DNA of 64,000 nucleotides. Source: Hydrurus foetidus. Taxonomy: Eukaryota. A program made the translations under genes and the position numbers. The number at the start of each line of letters is the position of its first letter. Position 1 is the first letter of the stretch. The DNA is taken from contig UYFQ01000001.1 in NCBI GenBank assembly GCA_900617105.1, positions 620,001 to 684,000 of the forward strand. The letters are read 5' to 3'. Of the stretch, positions 8,704-19,164 are shown piece by piece. The notes under the pieces are model-generated. The model worked only from the letters and a program-made list of their open reading frames with translations, did not search any database and was not told where the DNA came from.

Positions 8704-10002
8704 ATGAATATGCTCAAAAAACCTCGTCATGCATCACGCTTTGCACTCGCGACTTTGGTCGCTGCCTTGGGCTGTTCGCTGTCGGCATGGGCGGCGCCGG
8801 ATGAGGCTGTACGCACCCAAGCACAGCAGCAAAAACAACCCTTGCTTGATACGCTGAAAGACTTGGTTGCCATCGAATCGGGCAGTGGCGACCGCGAGGG
8901 CTTAGACCGCATTTCTCAGCTGATTCATGACCGTTTGGTGGCGCTGGGGGGCAAAGCGGAGTTCATCGAGCCTGGGGATGACACCTACCGCATGCACGAC
9001 AGCCCCGCCAAAATAGGCCGCATGGTGCGTGCCACGTTCACCGGCACTGGTAGCGCCAAAATCATGCTGATTGCCCACATGGACACGGTGTACCTGCGCG
9101 GCATGGGGGCCAAGCAACCGTTTCGCATCGAGGGCAACCGCGCTTACGGCTTGGGCATTGGCGATGACAAAGCCGGTGTGGCCACTATTTTGCATACCGT
9201 AGCCAGCCTCAAAGCCATGAACTTCAAAGACTTTGGCCAGCTCACGGTGCTCATCAACGGTGACGAAGAAATCAGCTCGCCTGCATCGCGTTCGCACCTG
9301 ACCAAACTGGGTGCTGAGCATGATTTAACGATGTCGTTTGAAGGCTCCCCGGTGGGCTCCGACCAGCTCTCATTGGCTACCGCTGGTATCGCCGCCGTCA
9401 CGCTCAAAGTCACAGGCAAGGCATCCCATGCTGGCAGCGCACCCGAGCGTGGCTTGAACGCGATTTACGAGTTAGCGCATCAGATGCTGCAAACCAAAGA
9501 TTTCTCTGACCCCGCGACGGGCATCAAAATGAACTGGACGATGGTCTCGGGCGGCACCAATCGCAATGTGATTCCCGCTGATGCCAGTGCTGCTGCTGAT
9601 GTGCGGGTGGAGCGCGTGTCTGACTACGATGGTTTGGAAACCAAGCTGCGCAGTACGATTCAAAAGCAGCTGATCGCGGGCACTAAAGTCGATATGGGCT
9701 TCGAGCGCCGCCGTCCCCCGCTGCAAGTCAACCCTGCGCAAATCACAGTGGCCAAGCATGCACAGGGTATTTACAGCGAAATCGGTAAGACCTTGAAGGT
9801 GGTAGATGCGGTTGCAGGCGGTGGAACCGATGCGGCCTTTGCTGCGCTGAATACCAAAAATCCGGTGATCGAACGCTTTGGACTTCAGTCTTTTGGCGCA
9901 CATACCAGTGACAACGAATATATTTTGTTGGACTCTATCGAGCCTCGGTTGTACCTTGCTACGCGCTTGATTATGGATTTTTCTCGCGGTTTGGTGCGTT
10001 GA
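8704..10002 (+). CDS. Exported M20 glutamate carboxypeptidase (carboxypeptidase G2-like)
   Basis: Signal peptide; IAHMDTVY, GDDKAG, DEEISS, SHAG, GGGTDAAF. Confidence 0.88.
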   Translation: MNMLKKPRHASRFALATLVAALGCSLSAWAAPDEAVRTQAQQQKQPLLDTLKDLVAIESGSGDREGLDRISQLIHDRLVALGGKAEFIEPGDDTYRMHDSPAKIGRMVRATFTGTGSAKIMLIAHMDTVYLRGMGAKQPFRIEGNRAYGLGIGDDKAGVATILHTVASLKAMNFKDFGQLTVLINGDEEISSPASRSHLTKLGAEHDLTMSFEGSPVGSDQLSLATAGIAAVTLKVTGKASHAGSAPERGLNAIYELAHQMLQTKDFSDPATGIKMNWTMVSGGTNRNVIPADASAAADVRVERVSDYDGLETKLRSTIQKQLIAGTKVDMGFERRRPPLQVNPAQITVAKHAQGIYSEIGKTLKVVDAVAGGGTDAAFAALNTKNPVIERFGLQSFGAHTSDNEYILLDSIEPRLYLATRLIMDFSRGLVR

Positions 10003-10027
10003 TTTTCTCTGGTGTCTTGCATCAACC

Positions 10028-11314
10028 TTACAAGCCCAATCGTGAAACCCCCAGCCCTTCAATATCAATGGAGGGTGTGCGGCGCTGGATCAAATCGGCC
10101 ACCACGCGGGCGCTGCCGCAACTGAGTGCCCATCCGCTGGAACCATGCCCCAGGTTCAGCCACACACCCGGAATGCCGCTGACACCCAGCATGGGTGGGC
10201 CATCGGGCAGCATGGGGCGGGCTCCTTTCCAGGTTTGCACGCCGGACGAGAGTTGCGCGGCACCGGGGAACCAGTCGTGCAGCACTTTGTACAGGGTTTG
10301 GATAGCGGCATCGCGCTGTTGGTCTAAGCGGCCACCGATTTCAGCGCTGCCCGCCACGCGCACGCGCTGGCCCATGCGGGAGATGGCAACTTTGTAGCGC
10401 TCATCCATCAGCGCCGCGTTGGGCGCGTTCAGCGGTTCGCGGATTTGGGCGCTGATGGAATAGCCGTAGACAGCGGCGAGAGGGATCTTTAAACCCAAGG
10501 GGCGCAGCAGGGTGGCGGAATGCTGGCCTGCGCAGACCAGTACCGCGTCAAATTTTTGTGTTGTATTTTGTGTCGCAGGTGGCTGTGCAGCTTGTGATGT
10601 GCTTTTTGCTATGAAAAGTGTAGCTGGTGACGCTGGATTCAATGGGGCTACCGTGGTATTGAACTGAAAATCAACCCCCAAGCGTTGGGCTTCGGTTTTC
10701 AGCAACAGGGCGAACTGGCGGCAGTTGCCTACCTCGTCATCCGGCAGGTGGATGGCACCAAAGAAACTGGCATCAGGGCTGAGCGCGGGCTCGATCAGGC
10801 GTGCGCCAGCAGCGTCGATTTCTTTGAACGCGACCCCGGTTTCGCGCAGCACTTGCAGGCCGGGTTGCACCATCGCGTTGTCTTGGTCGGAGCGCAGCAG
10901 CACCATGTAGCCGTTGGCGCGTTCGTATTCCAGTTTCAACTCGGCGCTGAGGTGGTGCAAGCGGGTGCGGCTGTAAAAAGCGAGGCGTTGCAGGCGCTCG
11001 CGGTTGGCGATGTAGGTGGGCAGGTTGCACGAGCGCCACCATTTCCACATCCAGGCGAGCTCCGTGCTGCTTAAAGGCAGGCTCAGGCGCACCGGGGCGT
11101 GGCGGCTGAACAGGTAGCGCATCACTTTGGCAGGCATTCCTGGTGCGGCCCAGGGGGTGACGTAGCCGGGAGCGACCACGCCCGCGTTGGCGAAACTGGT
11201 TTCCTCGGCGGCGGCCCCACGCCGCTCAAAGACCGTGACCTCGTGGCCATCGGCGGCCAGCTCGTAAGCGCTGGTCACGCCGACGATGCCTGCGCCTATC
11301 AATGCGATTTTCAT
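10028..11314 (-). CDS. D-amino acid dehydrogenase (DadA family)
   Basis: GAGIVG FAD motif, ETSFANAG, GARPMLPDGPP, GHGSSGW. Confidence 0.88.
   Translation of the reverse strand: MKIALIGAGIVGVTSAYELAADGHEVTVFERRGAAAEETSFANAGVVAPGYVTPWAAPGMPAKVMRYLFSRHAPVRLSLPLSSTELAWMWKWWRSCNLPTYIANRERLQRLAFYSRTRLHHLSAELKLEYERANGYMVLLRSDQDNAMVQPGLQVLRETGVAFKEIDAAGARLIEPALSPDASFFGAIHLPDDEVGNCRQFALLLKTEAQRLGVDFQFNTTVAPLNPASPATLFIAKSTSQAAQPPATQNTTQKFDAVLVCAGQHSATLLRPLGLKIPLAAVYGYSISAQIREPLNAPNAALMDERYKVAISRMGQRVRVAGSAEIGGRLDQQRDAAIQTLYKVLHDWFPGAAQLSSGVQTWKGARPMLPDGPPMLGVSGIPGVWLNLGHGSSGWALSCGSARVVADLIQRRTPSIDIEGLGVSRLGL
10608..10661 (-). repeat. Dispersed ~54-bp element, in-frame in the D-amino acid dehydrogenase gene
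   Basis: Core GCTATGAAAAGTGTAGC at 10608-10624; read on the minus strand as NTTVAPLNPASPATLFIA. Confidence 0.7.
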
Positions 11315-11341
11315 GCTTCCCTTGTGTTTTTATTGTTGGTT

Positions 11342-11395
11342 AAACAGGCCATTGCTGCTTATTCTGTATGTGCTAACAGCTATCAATAGTGTAGT
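11342..11395 (+). repeat. Dispersed ~54-bp element, intergenic
   Basis: AAACAGGCCATTGCTGCTTATTCTGTATGTGCTAACA-GCTATCAATAGTGTAGT. Confidence 0.85.
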
Positions 11396-11414
11396 GGATT
11401 TGATATTGACAAAG

Positions 11415-12797
11415 CTAATCGCCCCAGCACAGCGCCTTTTCGGCTTGCAGGGCAATGTTCAGCACCGTGTCGTCATGCAGCGCACCGTGCCACAGCATCA
11501 GGCCCACGGGCAACTCGCCCCGTTGGTAGCAGGGGATGGAAATGGCGCAGCCGTCCAGCATGTTGATGACACTGGTGTTGCGCAGCAGCAAGGCGTTGAC
11601 GGCAAAAAAGGCCTCATCACGCTCTGCGCCTGGGGCGACTTGGGCGATGGGCGGCGCGGTGATGGGAACGGTGGGCGACAGCACCGCGTCATAGCCTTGC
11701 AGTGCGGCTTGGGTGCGGGTGATCCAGCCTTGGCGGGCTTGCGTCAAGGCGATGTACTCGTGCGCTTTCATGTGTACACCCCGTGCAATGCGGGCGCTGA
11801 CGCGGGGGTCATAGCATTCGCTGCGCTTAGCCAGCAGGGTGTGGTGCCACGCATAACTCTCTGCTGCCGAAAAGCCGCCAGTGGCTTGCAGGGTGCTGAG
11901 TTCGCTGATCTCCGGCAGCGACAGTTCGTCAATGTGCGCTCCGGCTTGCCGCAGGCGTTGGAGTGAACGCTCGAACGCCCGCGTAACGGTGGCATCCATG
12001 CCATCGAGAAACGTGGTGTTGACCACGGCCAGGCGGTACGCTGACAGCGGGCTGGGGCTGCGCACCACACGCCGCTGGGCCAAAATTTCATGGGCCAGGA
12101 TGGCATCTCGTGTGCTGCGGGTGAGGGCGCACACGGTGTCCAGCGTAGTCGACAGCGGAAGGGCGCCGCTGGTGGGGACGAGGCGCGCTGTGGATTTGAA
12201 GCCGACGATGCCGTTCAGCGCTGCCGGTATGCGAATCGAGCCGCCCGTGTCTGACCCTAATCCGATGAAGGCGGCACCTGTTGCGACTGACACAGCGGCA
12301 CCCGACGACGAGCCACCGGGAATCCGTGGCTGAGGTGCATGAGGGGCAGCATGGCTCCCTGCGATCTGGTTGGCCTGCGCATCCCATGCCGCCGGTGTAC
12401 CGTGATGGGGGTTGGTGCCAACGCCTGAGAAGGCAAATTCCACCATGTGGGTACGACCGATCAAGCCTGCGCCCGCTGTGCGCAGCCGGGCTACTGCGGG
12501 GCAATCGTGCAAGGCCGGGGGCGCATCTGCCAGCACCAGCGAGCCTGCGGCGGTGGTTTCACCCGCAATGTCAAACAGGTCTTTCACCGACACACTCAAG
12601 CCTGCGAGCGGGCGGTGTGCGTTGTCAGTGTTGGCCGCTGCTGTGCGCAAGGTATCCAACGTGGTGCGCAAGAAAACGTGTTGACAGGCAGCGGAGGAGG
12701 CCAGCGCGATGGCTTTTTCTGCTTCAACGGTGGCTGAGGTTTCGCCCCGTGCAAGGCGTTGGTGGGTGCTGTAAAGATCGTCAACCAGGGCGTGCAT
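11415..12797 (-). CDS. Amidase (amidase-signature family)
   Basis: SVKDLF, GGSSSG and GSDTGGSIRIPA form the Lys-cisSer-Ser triad; start taken at ATG 12797. Confidence 0.9.
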   Translation of the reverse strand: MHALVDDLYSTHQRLARGETSATVEAEKAIALASSAACQHVFLRTTLDTLRTAAANTDNAHRPLAGLSVSVKDLFDIAGETTAAGSLVLADAPPALHDCPAVARLRTAGAGLIGRTHMVEFAFSGVGTNPHHGTPAAWDAQANQIAGSHAAPHAPQPRIPGGSSSGAAVSVATGAAFIGLGSDTGGSIRIPAALNGIVGFKSTARLVPTSGALPLSTTLDTVCALTRSTRDAILAHEILAQRRVVRSPSPLSAYRLAVVNTTFLDGMDATVTRAFERSLQRLRQAGAHIDELSLPEISELSTLQATGGFSAAESYAWHHTLLAKRSECYDPRVSARIARGVHMKAHEYIALTQARQGWITRTQAALQGYDAVLSPTVPITAPPIAQVAPGAERDEAFFAVNALLLRNTSVINMLDGCAISIPCYQRGELPVGLMLWHGALHDDTVLNIALQAEKALCWGD

Positions 12798-12884
12798 AGG
12801 CGTACTTTGAAAGGGTGGGGCATCAAGCCAGTGTTGACGCAAACAGGATTTTGCCATTCCGCGCTTAGTCTGTCGCTTCCAAAG

Positions 12885-12893
12885 TGCTAGAAT
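12885..12893 (+). promoter_or_regulatory. Extended -10 promoter of rpsB-tsf, with a long 5' leader to 13068
   Basis: TG-C-TAGAAT about 175 bp upstream of rpsB; E. coli rpsB also uses an extended -10 and a long S2-regulated leader. Confidence 0.6.
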
Positions 12894-13068
12894 CATGGGC
12901 TTTTCCCAGTTTGGCTGTTCATTGTTTTTACAACACTGAAATGCAAGCAGCGGTGAAAAGAAATCAGCAAACCAGCCGATTCAAGGTGTTGGTGCAAGGC
13001 AACAAGCTTTTTAAAGCACGCCGCATCGACTCAGGCTGGATTTTAGAAATAACCTTTGGAGTATTCCT

Positions 13069-13839
13069 ATGTCAGTAACCATGCGCGAAATGCTGGAAGC
13101 CGGTGTCCATTTTGGTCACCAAACCCGCTTCTGGAACCCCAAGATGGCCCCGTACATCTTCGGCCACCGCAACAAAATTCACATCGTCAACCTGGAAAAA
13201 TCGTTGCCGATGTTCCAGGAAGCAGCCAAGTTCGCTAAGCAGCTCTCTGCTAACCGTGGCACCATTTTGATGGTTGGCACCAAGCGTCAAGCCCGCGAAA
13301 CCGTGGCTGCTGAAGCGCAACGCGCTGGCGTGCCTTACGTTGACCAGCGTTGGTTGGGCGGCATGTTGACCAACTTCAAAACGGTCAAGACCTCCATCAA
13401 ACGCCTCAAAGACATGAAGATCCAGCAAGAAGCCGGTCTTGATGCGATGAGCAAAAAAGAGCAGCTGATGTTTGCCCGCGAACTCGCTAAGTTAGAGCGT
13501 GACATCGGTGGCATCCAAGACATGGCTGCTTTGCCTGACGCTATTTTCGTGATTGACGTGGGCTTCCACAAAATCGCGATTTTGGAAGCCAAGAAGCTCG
13601 GCATCCCGTTGATCGGCGTGGTTGACACCAACCACTCGCCTGAAGGCATCGACTACGTGATCCCTGGTAACGATGACTCCTCCAAGGCTGTCATTTTGTA
13701 CGCCCGTGGCATCGCTGACGCGATCATCGCTGGCCGTGCAGACGCTATGAACGACGTGGTTAAGGCTGTTGCCACCACCGAAGCCGCCGTCACCAGCACC
13801 GACGAATTCGTCGAAGTGCAAGAGGCTGCTGCTGCCTAA
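13069..13839 (+). CDS. rpsB: 30S ribosomal protein S2
   Basis: [34 protein letters not shown]. Confidence 0.99.
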   Translation: MSVTMREMLEAGVHFGHQTRFWNPKMAPYIFGHRNKIHIVNLEKSLPMFQEAAKFAKQLSANRGTILMVGTKRQARETVAAEAQRAGVPYVDQRWLGGMLTNFKTVKTSIKRLKDMKIQQEAGLDAMSKKEQLMFARELAKLERDIGGIQDMAALPDAIFVIDVGFHKIAILEAKKLGIPLIGVVDTNHSPEGIDYVIPGNDDSSKAVILYARGIADAIIAGRADAMNDVVKAVATTEAAVTSTDEFVEVQEAAAA

Positions 13840-13860
13840 ATCTGTGCCCTCGCGCACAGC

Positions 13861-13886
13861 AAGAGGGGCTCATGTGGCCCCTTTTT
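13861..13886 (+). terminator. Attenuator-like hairpin between rpsB and tsf
   Basis: AAGAGGGGC-tcatgtg-GCCCCTTTTT. Confidence 0.6.
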
Positions 13887-13942
13887 CACAACTGAATTGA
13901 TGTCAACAGGTCGATTACGTTCGACTTTTTCGGAGAAAAAAC

Positions 13943-14857
13943 ATGGCTATTACCGCAAGCATGGTCGCCGCACTGCGCGCTAAGACCGACGCCCCCATGA
14001 TGGAATGCAAAAAGGCTTTGACCGAAGCCGACGGCAATATGGACAAAGCTGAAGAGCTGTTGCGCGTCAAGCTGGGCTCTAAAGCCGGCAAAGCCGCCAG
14101 CCGCATCACCGCTGAAGGCGTTGTCACCAGCACTATCGATGGCACCACCGGTGCCATGCTCGAAGTCAACTGCGAAACCGACTTCGTCACCAAGAACGAC
14201 AGCTTCCTCGCCATCGCGCAAGCCGCTGTGGAATTGGTCGCCAAGCATAACCCTGCTGACGTAGCTGCGCTGAGCGCGCTGGCCTATACCCAAGACGGTT
14301 TTGGCCCTACGTTGGAAGACGTGCGCCGTGGTTTGATTGGCAAAATTGGCGAAAACATGAGCTTCCGCCGCTTCGCCCGTTTCTCGTCCGGCAGCAAGCT
14401 TGCTGCTTACTTGCACGGCACGCGCATCGGCGTGGTTGTCGAGTTTGAAGGCGACGAAGCCGCAGCCAAAGACGTTGCCATGCACGTCGCAGCCATGAAG
14501 CCTGTTGCGTTGACCTCGGCTGACGTGCCTGTTGAATTGATCGACAAAGAGCGTTCAGTCGCTGCTGCCAAAGCTGAAGAAGACCGCAAAGTCGCTGAAG
14601 CTGCTGGCAAGTCTGCACAGTCGGCTGAAATCGTTGCCAAGCGCATCGAAGGCGGTGTGCAAAAGTACCTGAAAGAAGTCTCGTTGTTCAATCAGTCGTT
14701 CGTCAAGAACGACAAGTTGACCGTCGAGCAAATGCTCAAGGCCGCTGGCACCAGCGTCAAAGCGTTCACCATGTACGTGGTGGGCGAGGGCATTGAGAAG
14801 AAGGTTGACGATTTTGCGGCTGAAGTGGCAGCTCAAGTCGCTGCTGCCAAAGGCTGA
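13943..14857 (+). CDS. tsf: Elongation factor Ts
   Basis: [26 protein letters not shown]. Confidence 0.99.
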   Translation: MAITASMVAALRAKTDAPMMECKKALTEADGNMDKAEELLRVKLGSKAGKAASRITAEGVVTSTIDGTTGAMLEVNCETDFVTKNDSFLAIAQAAVELVAKHNPADVAALSALAYTQDGFGPTLEDVRRGLIGKIGENMSFRRFARFSSGSKLAAYLHGTRIGVVVEFEGDEAAAKDVAMHVAAMKPVALTSADVPVELIDKERSVAAAKAEEDRKVAEAAGKSAQSAEIVAKRIEGGVQKYLKEVSLFNQSFVKNDKLTVEQMLKAAGTSVKAFTMYVVGEGIEKKVDDFAAEVAAQVAAAKG

Positions 14858-14989
14858 TCGCGGTCACACTGATGGCGCTTTGAAGTCTACGGATATCAGC
14901 GCCATCAGTCGTCTTTCCATGTTTCGGCGACAATTTGGGCCGCTACACTTCCGCTACACCACAACATCAAACCACCAGGAGTTCCACCC

Positions 14990-15712
14990 ATGACCACGCC
15001 CCAACCAGCCCACAAGCGTATCTTGTTAAAGCTGTCCGGTGAGGCGCTGATGGGGGATGACCAGTTTGGTATCAACCGCGCCACCATTGTTCGCATGGTG
15101 GACGAGGTGGCCGAAGTGACCCGTTTAGGCGTGCAAGTGGCTGTGGTGATCGGTGGCGGCAACATCTTCCGGGGTGTCTCAGGAGGCTCTGTCGGCATGG
15201 ACCGTGCCACTGCCGATTACATGGGCATGTTGGCGACTGTGATGAATGCTCTGGCGCTGGGTGACACCATGAACAAGGCGGGTTTAACCGCCCGCGTGAT
15301 GTCTGCCATTGCGATTGACCAGGTGGTCGAATCATATGTGCGCCCCAAAGCCTTGCAGTACCTCGAAGAGGGCAAGGTGGTGGTTTTCGCCGCAGGTACC
15401 GGTAATCCATTTTTTACTACCGACACCGCCGCCGCCTTGCGTGGTGCCGAAATCGGTGCGGAAGTGGTGTTGAAAGCCACCAAGGTAGACGGCGTGTACA
15501 GCGCTGACCCTAAGCTTGACCCTACCGCGACCCGCTACAACAAAATCAGTTTTGACGAAGCCATTTCGCGCAACCTGGGCATCATGGACGCCACCGCTTT
15601 CGCGTTGTGCCGCGACCAGAAGTTGCCGATTAAAGTCTTTTCAATCTTCAAGCATGGCGCACTCAAACGTGTGGTTATGGGCGAAGATGAAGGTACTTTG
15701 GTGTATGCCTAA
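14990..15712 (+). CDS. pyrH: UMP kinase
   Basis: [26 protein letters not shown]. Confidence 0.98.
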   Translation: MTTPQPAHKRILLKLSGEALMGDDQFGINRATIVRMVDEVAEVTRLGVQVAVVIGGGNIFRGVSGGSVGMDRATADYMGMLATVMNALALGDTMNKAGLTARVMSAIAIDQVVESYVRPKALQYLEEGKVVVFAAGTGNPFFTTDTAAALRGAEIGAEVVLKATKVDGVYSADPKLDPTATRYNKISFDEAISRNLGIMDATAFALCRDQKLPIKVFSIFKHGALKRVVMGEDEGTLVYA

Positions 15713-15770
15713 CGTGTCTAAATTAATGGCCTAAATTCAGCGCTTGAATCAGCCCCGAGGATAAATTCAA

Positions 15771-16331
15771 ATGAGCACGACCGAAGTTCGCCAGATGACC
15801 GAAACCAAGATGGACCAGTCCATCGCCGCGTTCCAACACAACCTGACCAAAATCCGCACAGGCCGCGCTAACCCCGCCTTGCTGGATTCCGTGATGGTGG
15901 ATTACTACGGCTCAATGACGCCTATCACGCAGGTGGCCAATGTGTCCCTGCTGGATGCTCGCACCATCAGCGTACAACCCTGGGAAAAAGGTTTGGGCGC
16001 AAAAATTGAAAAAGCCATTCGCGACAGCGATTTAGGTCTCAACCCATCGTCTATGGGCGATTTGATCCGTGTGCCCATGCCCGCCATGTCTGAAGAGCGC
16101 CGTAAAGAACTGACTAAAGTGGTTCGCAACGAAGGCGAAAGCGCCAAAGTGGCTGTGCGTAACCTGCGCCGCGATGCCAACGAAAGCGTCAAAAAACTGG
16201 TGAAAGACAAACTGGCCTCCGAAGACGACCAAAAACGTGCTGAAACCGACATCCAAAAAGTCACGGACCGCCACATCGTGTCCATTGACCAGTTGGTCGC
16301 GGCCAAAGAACAAGAGATCATGGCTGTATGA
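15771..16331 (+). CDS. frr: Ribosome recycling factor
   Basis: [24 protein letters not shown]. Confidence 0.98.
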   Translation: MSTTEVRQMTETKMDQSIAAFQHNLTKIRTGRANPALLDSVMVDYYGSMTPITQVANVSLLDARTISVQPWEKGLGAKIEKAIRDSDLGLNPSSMGDLIRVPMPAMSEERRKELTKVVRNEGESAKVAVRNLRRDANESVKKLVKDKLASEDDQKRAETDIQKVTDRHIVSIDQLVAAKEQEIMAV

Positions 16332-17047
16332 GCGGTGGCCCGCACCACATCGCTGTGGTGATGGACGGCAATGGCCGTTGGGCCACCAAGCGGTTTTTGC
16401 CGCGCATTGCGGGTCACCATCAAGGCGTGAAATCCCTGCGTCGCTGCGTCAAAGCCTGTGCTGACCGTGACGTGAAGGTGCTCACCGTTTTCGCGTTTTC
16501 CTCCGAAAACTGGAACCGCCCTAAAGAAGAAGTCTCCGGCCTGATGGACTTGCTGGCGTTGGCTTTGTCCCGCGAAGTGCCTGATTTGCTGGCCGATGGC
16601 GTGCGTCTGTGTTTTGTTGGCGACCGCAACAGCTTGTCGGCGAAGGTGCAGGCAGGCTTGCACGAGGCTGAGCGTATTACCGCCGCCAACACCCGTTTGA
16701 CGTTGAACGTCTGCTTCAACTATGGTGGCCGCTGGGACATTGCCCAGGCCGCAGCCCAACTGGTTGCACGCGGTGAAGCCATCACCGAACTCAGCTTAGA
16801 CCGTGCGATGGCTTTGTCCCATGTGCCTGACCCTGATTTGATGATCCGCACTGGTGGTGAGCAGCGCATCAGTAATTTTTTACTGTGGCAAGCGGCATAC
16901 ACCGAGCTGTTTTTCAGCGACAAGTTGTGGCCCGAGTTTGACGAGCAGGCGCTGGACGAAGCCATCACCACCTACCACCAGCGCGAACGCCGCTTTGGCA
17001 AAACCTCAGCGCAGGTGGACGGTGCAGGCGCCCCTACCAGCGCTTGA
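16328..17047 (+). CDS. uppS: Undecaprenyl diphosphate synthase
   Basis: [32 protein letters not shown]. Confidence 0.97.
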   Translation: MSGGPHHIAVVMDGNGRWATKRFLPRIAGHHQGVKSLRRCVKACADRDVKVLTVFAFSSENWNRPKEEVSGLMDLLALALSREVPDLLADGVRLCFVGDRNSLSAKVQAGLHEAERITAANTRLTLNVCFNYGGRWDIAQAAAQLVARGEAITELSLDRAMALSHVPDPDLMIRTGGEQRISNFLLWQAAYTELFFSDKLWPEFDEQALDEAITTYHQRERRFGKTSAQVDGAGAPTSA

Positions 17048-17113
17048 CCTCATCCGCGTCGCAGAGGCATCCTCTTTTTATTCCTCCATTTTTACCGCGA
17101 CACTTGCCCCATC

Positions 17114-17959
17114 ATGCTTAAACAGCGCGTCATCACTGCCCTGGTCTTGCTCGCGATTTTGTTGCCAGCCTTGTTCTACCCCAGCCCTGAGCCTTTTTGT
17201 GCCATCACATTGGTGTTGATGGCCGCCGGTGCTTGGGAGTGGGGGCGTTTGAACGGCTATGGCAACAAGGGCGCCTGCTTTATGGCGATGGACTGCGTGG
17301 CCCTGTGCGCTGTGTCGTGGCGCTTTGGCCTGCTTGAGATGCCTTTGACGACCTTGTGGAGCATCGCTGGTGCAGGTTGGGTGCTGATGGGGGCATGGTT
17401 GCTTCAGCGCGGCGTATCCGGTTGGGCCAGCGTTCCTCGCGCTGTGCGCTCCGTGGGCGGTTTGGTGGCCCTGTGGCTGGCTTGGCTGGCCGTGGCACAA
17501 GCCCGTGTGATTGGCATCAATTTTTTACTTTCCATCATGGTCTTGGTCTGGGTGGCTGACATTGGTGCGTATTTCTCTGGGCGTGCTTTTGGCAAACGCA
17601 AACTGGCCCCCAGCATCAGCCCTGGCAAAAGCTGGGAAGGGGTTTGGGGCGGCATGATTGGCGTGCTGGTGCTGGCGGCTAGCTGGGTCGCCGGTGACGT
17701 GTACGCCATGACCTCGGTGATGAGCCTCTACAGCCAATTGATGTTGGCCGACTGGTGGCTGTTGCCGCTCGCCGTGCTGTTTCTTGCCGCCATGAGCGTG
17801 GTGGGCGATTTGGTGGAGTCCTTAATCAAACGCAGCGCGGGCGTCAAAGACAGCAGTTGGCTGTTGCCTGGCCACGGTGGCGTGCTCGATCGGGTGGACG
17901 CTTTGTTGCCCACACTTCCACTGGCCATGATGTTGCACGCTTTACTGCTTCTCGCATGA
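17114..17959 (+). CDS. cdsA: Phosphatidate cytidylyltransferase
   Basis: ISPGKSWEG, KRSAGVKDS, GHGGVLDRVD. Confidence 0.96.
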   Translation: MLKQRVITALVLLAILLPALFYPSPEPFCAITLVLMAAGAWEWGRLNGYGNKGACFMAMDCVALCAVSWRFGLLEMPLTTLWSIAGAGWVLMGAWLLQRGVSGWASVPRAVRSVGGLVALWLAWLAVAQARVIGINFLLSIMVLVWVADIGAYFSGRAFGKRKLAPSISPGKSWEGVWGGMIGVLVLAASWVAGDVYAMTSVMSLYSQLMLADWWLLPLAVLFLAAMSVVGDLVESLIKRSAGVKDSSWLLPGHGGVLDRVDALLPTLPLAMMLHALLLLA

Positions 17960-19155
17960 AACCCAACATGACTCCCAACGCCCTCCAAAACATCACCATC
18001 TTAGGTTCTACCGGCTCGGTAGGCACCAGCACGCTGGATGTGATCGTCCGGCACCCGGAGCGCTTCCGTGTTTTTGCGCTGACGGCTGCCACGCAAGTGG
18101 ATGTGATGTTCCAGCAATGCGTTCAGTTTCGTCCGCAATTTGCGGTGATGGCCTCAGAAGCCGCTGGGCGCGTGTTGGCTGAAAAAATAAAGTCAAATGG
18201 CCTGCCCGTGCAGGTTCTGTGGTCATCTGAAGCTATCGAAATGGTAGCGTCGCACGCGCAAACCGATGTGGTGATGGCCGCTATCGTGGGTGCTGCCGGT
18301 TTGGCCCCCTGTCTGGCTGCGGCACGTGCGGGTAAGCGCTTGTTGCTCGCCAATAAAGAGGCTTTGGTGCTGGGGGGCGATGTGTTCCTTGCGGCGGTCA
18401 AGCAGGGTGGTGCGCGGTTGCTGCCGATTGACAGCGAGCATTCGGCCATCTTCCAATCGCTGCCTGAAGATGCCAGCACCTGGAACGAACGTGTCGACAA
18501 AATCATCCTCACAGCTTCTGGTGGCCCGTTTCGCACCCGCGATCTGGCCACGCTGCGCGATGTCACGCCCGAAGAAGCCTGTGCCCACCCGAACTGGGTG
18601 ATGGGCCGCAAAATTTCCGTCGATTCCGCCACCATGATGAACAAGGCGCTGGAGGTGATCGAAGCACATTACCTGTTTGGCCTGTCGCCTGAGCGCATTG
18701 AGGTGGTGATTCACCCACAAAGCATCATCCACTCTATGGTGCAGTACACCGATGCCTCGGTGGTTGCGCAATTGGGTACGCCCGACATGCGCGTCCCCAT
18801 TGCCTACGGTTTGGCATGGCCGGGCAGGGCGCAAAGTGGTGCGGCAACGCTGGACTTTACAAAAATGGCGGCCATGACGTTCGAGGCCGCAGACCATGAG
18901 CGCTTCCCCGGTCTGCAACTGGCGTGGGACGCTTTGCGTGCCCCCGCAGGCACACCAGCGGTGCTGAATGCGGCAAACGAAGTGGCTGTCGCGGCTTTTC
19001 TGGCCGGGCGTATCCGCTTTGACCAGATCCACCACACCAACCTTGCAACTTTAGACGCAGTTACCCCCTCCAAGCCCGCAACGCTGGACGATCTGCTGAC
19101 ACTGGACGCCCTGGCACGACGCGCCGCTGAGCAGTTTGTGACCGGTCTGGCTTAA
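17956..19155 (+). CDS. dxr: 1-deoxy-D-xylulose 5-phosphate reductoisomerase
   Basis: LGSTGSVG, LANKE, PIDSEH, HPNWVMGRKISVDSATMMNK; ATGA overlap with cdsA. Confidence 0.97.
   Translation: MKPNMTPNALQNITILGSTGSVGTSTLDVIVRHPERFRVFALTAATQVDVMFQQCVQFRPQFAVMASEAAGRVLAEKIKSNGLPVQVLWSSEAIEMVASHAQTDVVMAAIVGAAGLAPCLAAARAGKRLLLANKEALVLGGDVFLAAVKQGGARLLPIDSEHSAIFQSLPEDASTWNERVDKIILTASGGPFRTRDLATLRDVTPEEACAHPNWVMGRKISVDSATMMNKALEVIEAHYLFGLSPERIEVVIHPQSIIHSMVQYTDASVVAQLGTPDMRVPIAYGLAWPGRAQSGAATLDFTKMAAMTFEAADHERFPGLQLAWDALRAPAGTPAVLNAANEVAVAAFLAGRIRFDQIHHTNLATLDAVTPSKPATLDDLLTLDALARRAAEQFVTGLA
18195..18248 (+). repeat. Dispersed ~54-bp element, in-frame in dxr
   Basis: AAATGGCCTGCCCGTGC...GAA-GCTATCGAAATGGTAGC (AIEMVA). 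Confidence 0.65.
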
Positions 19156-19164
19156 AGGAGTTTT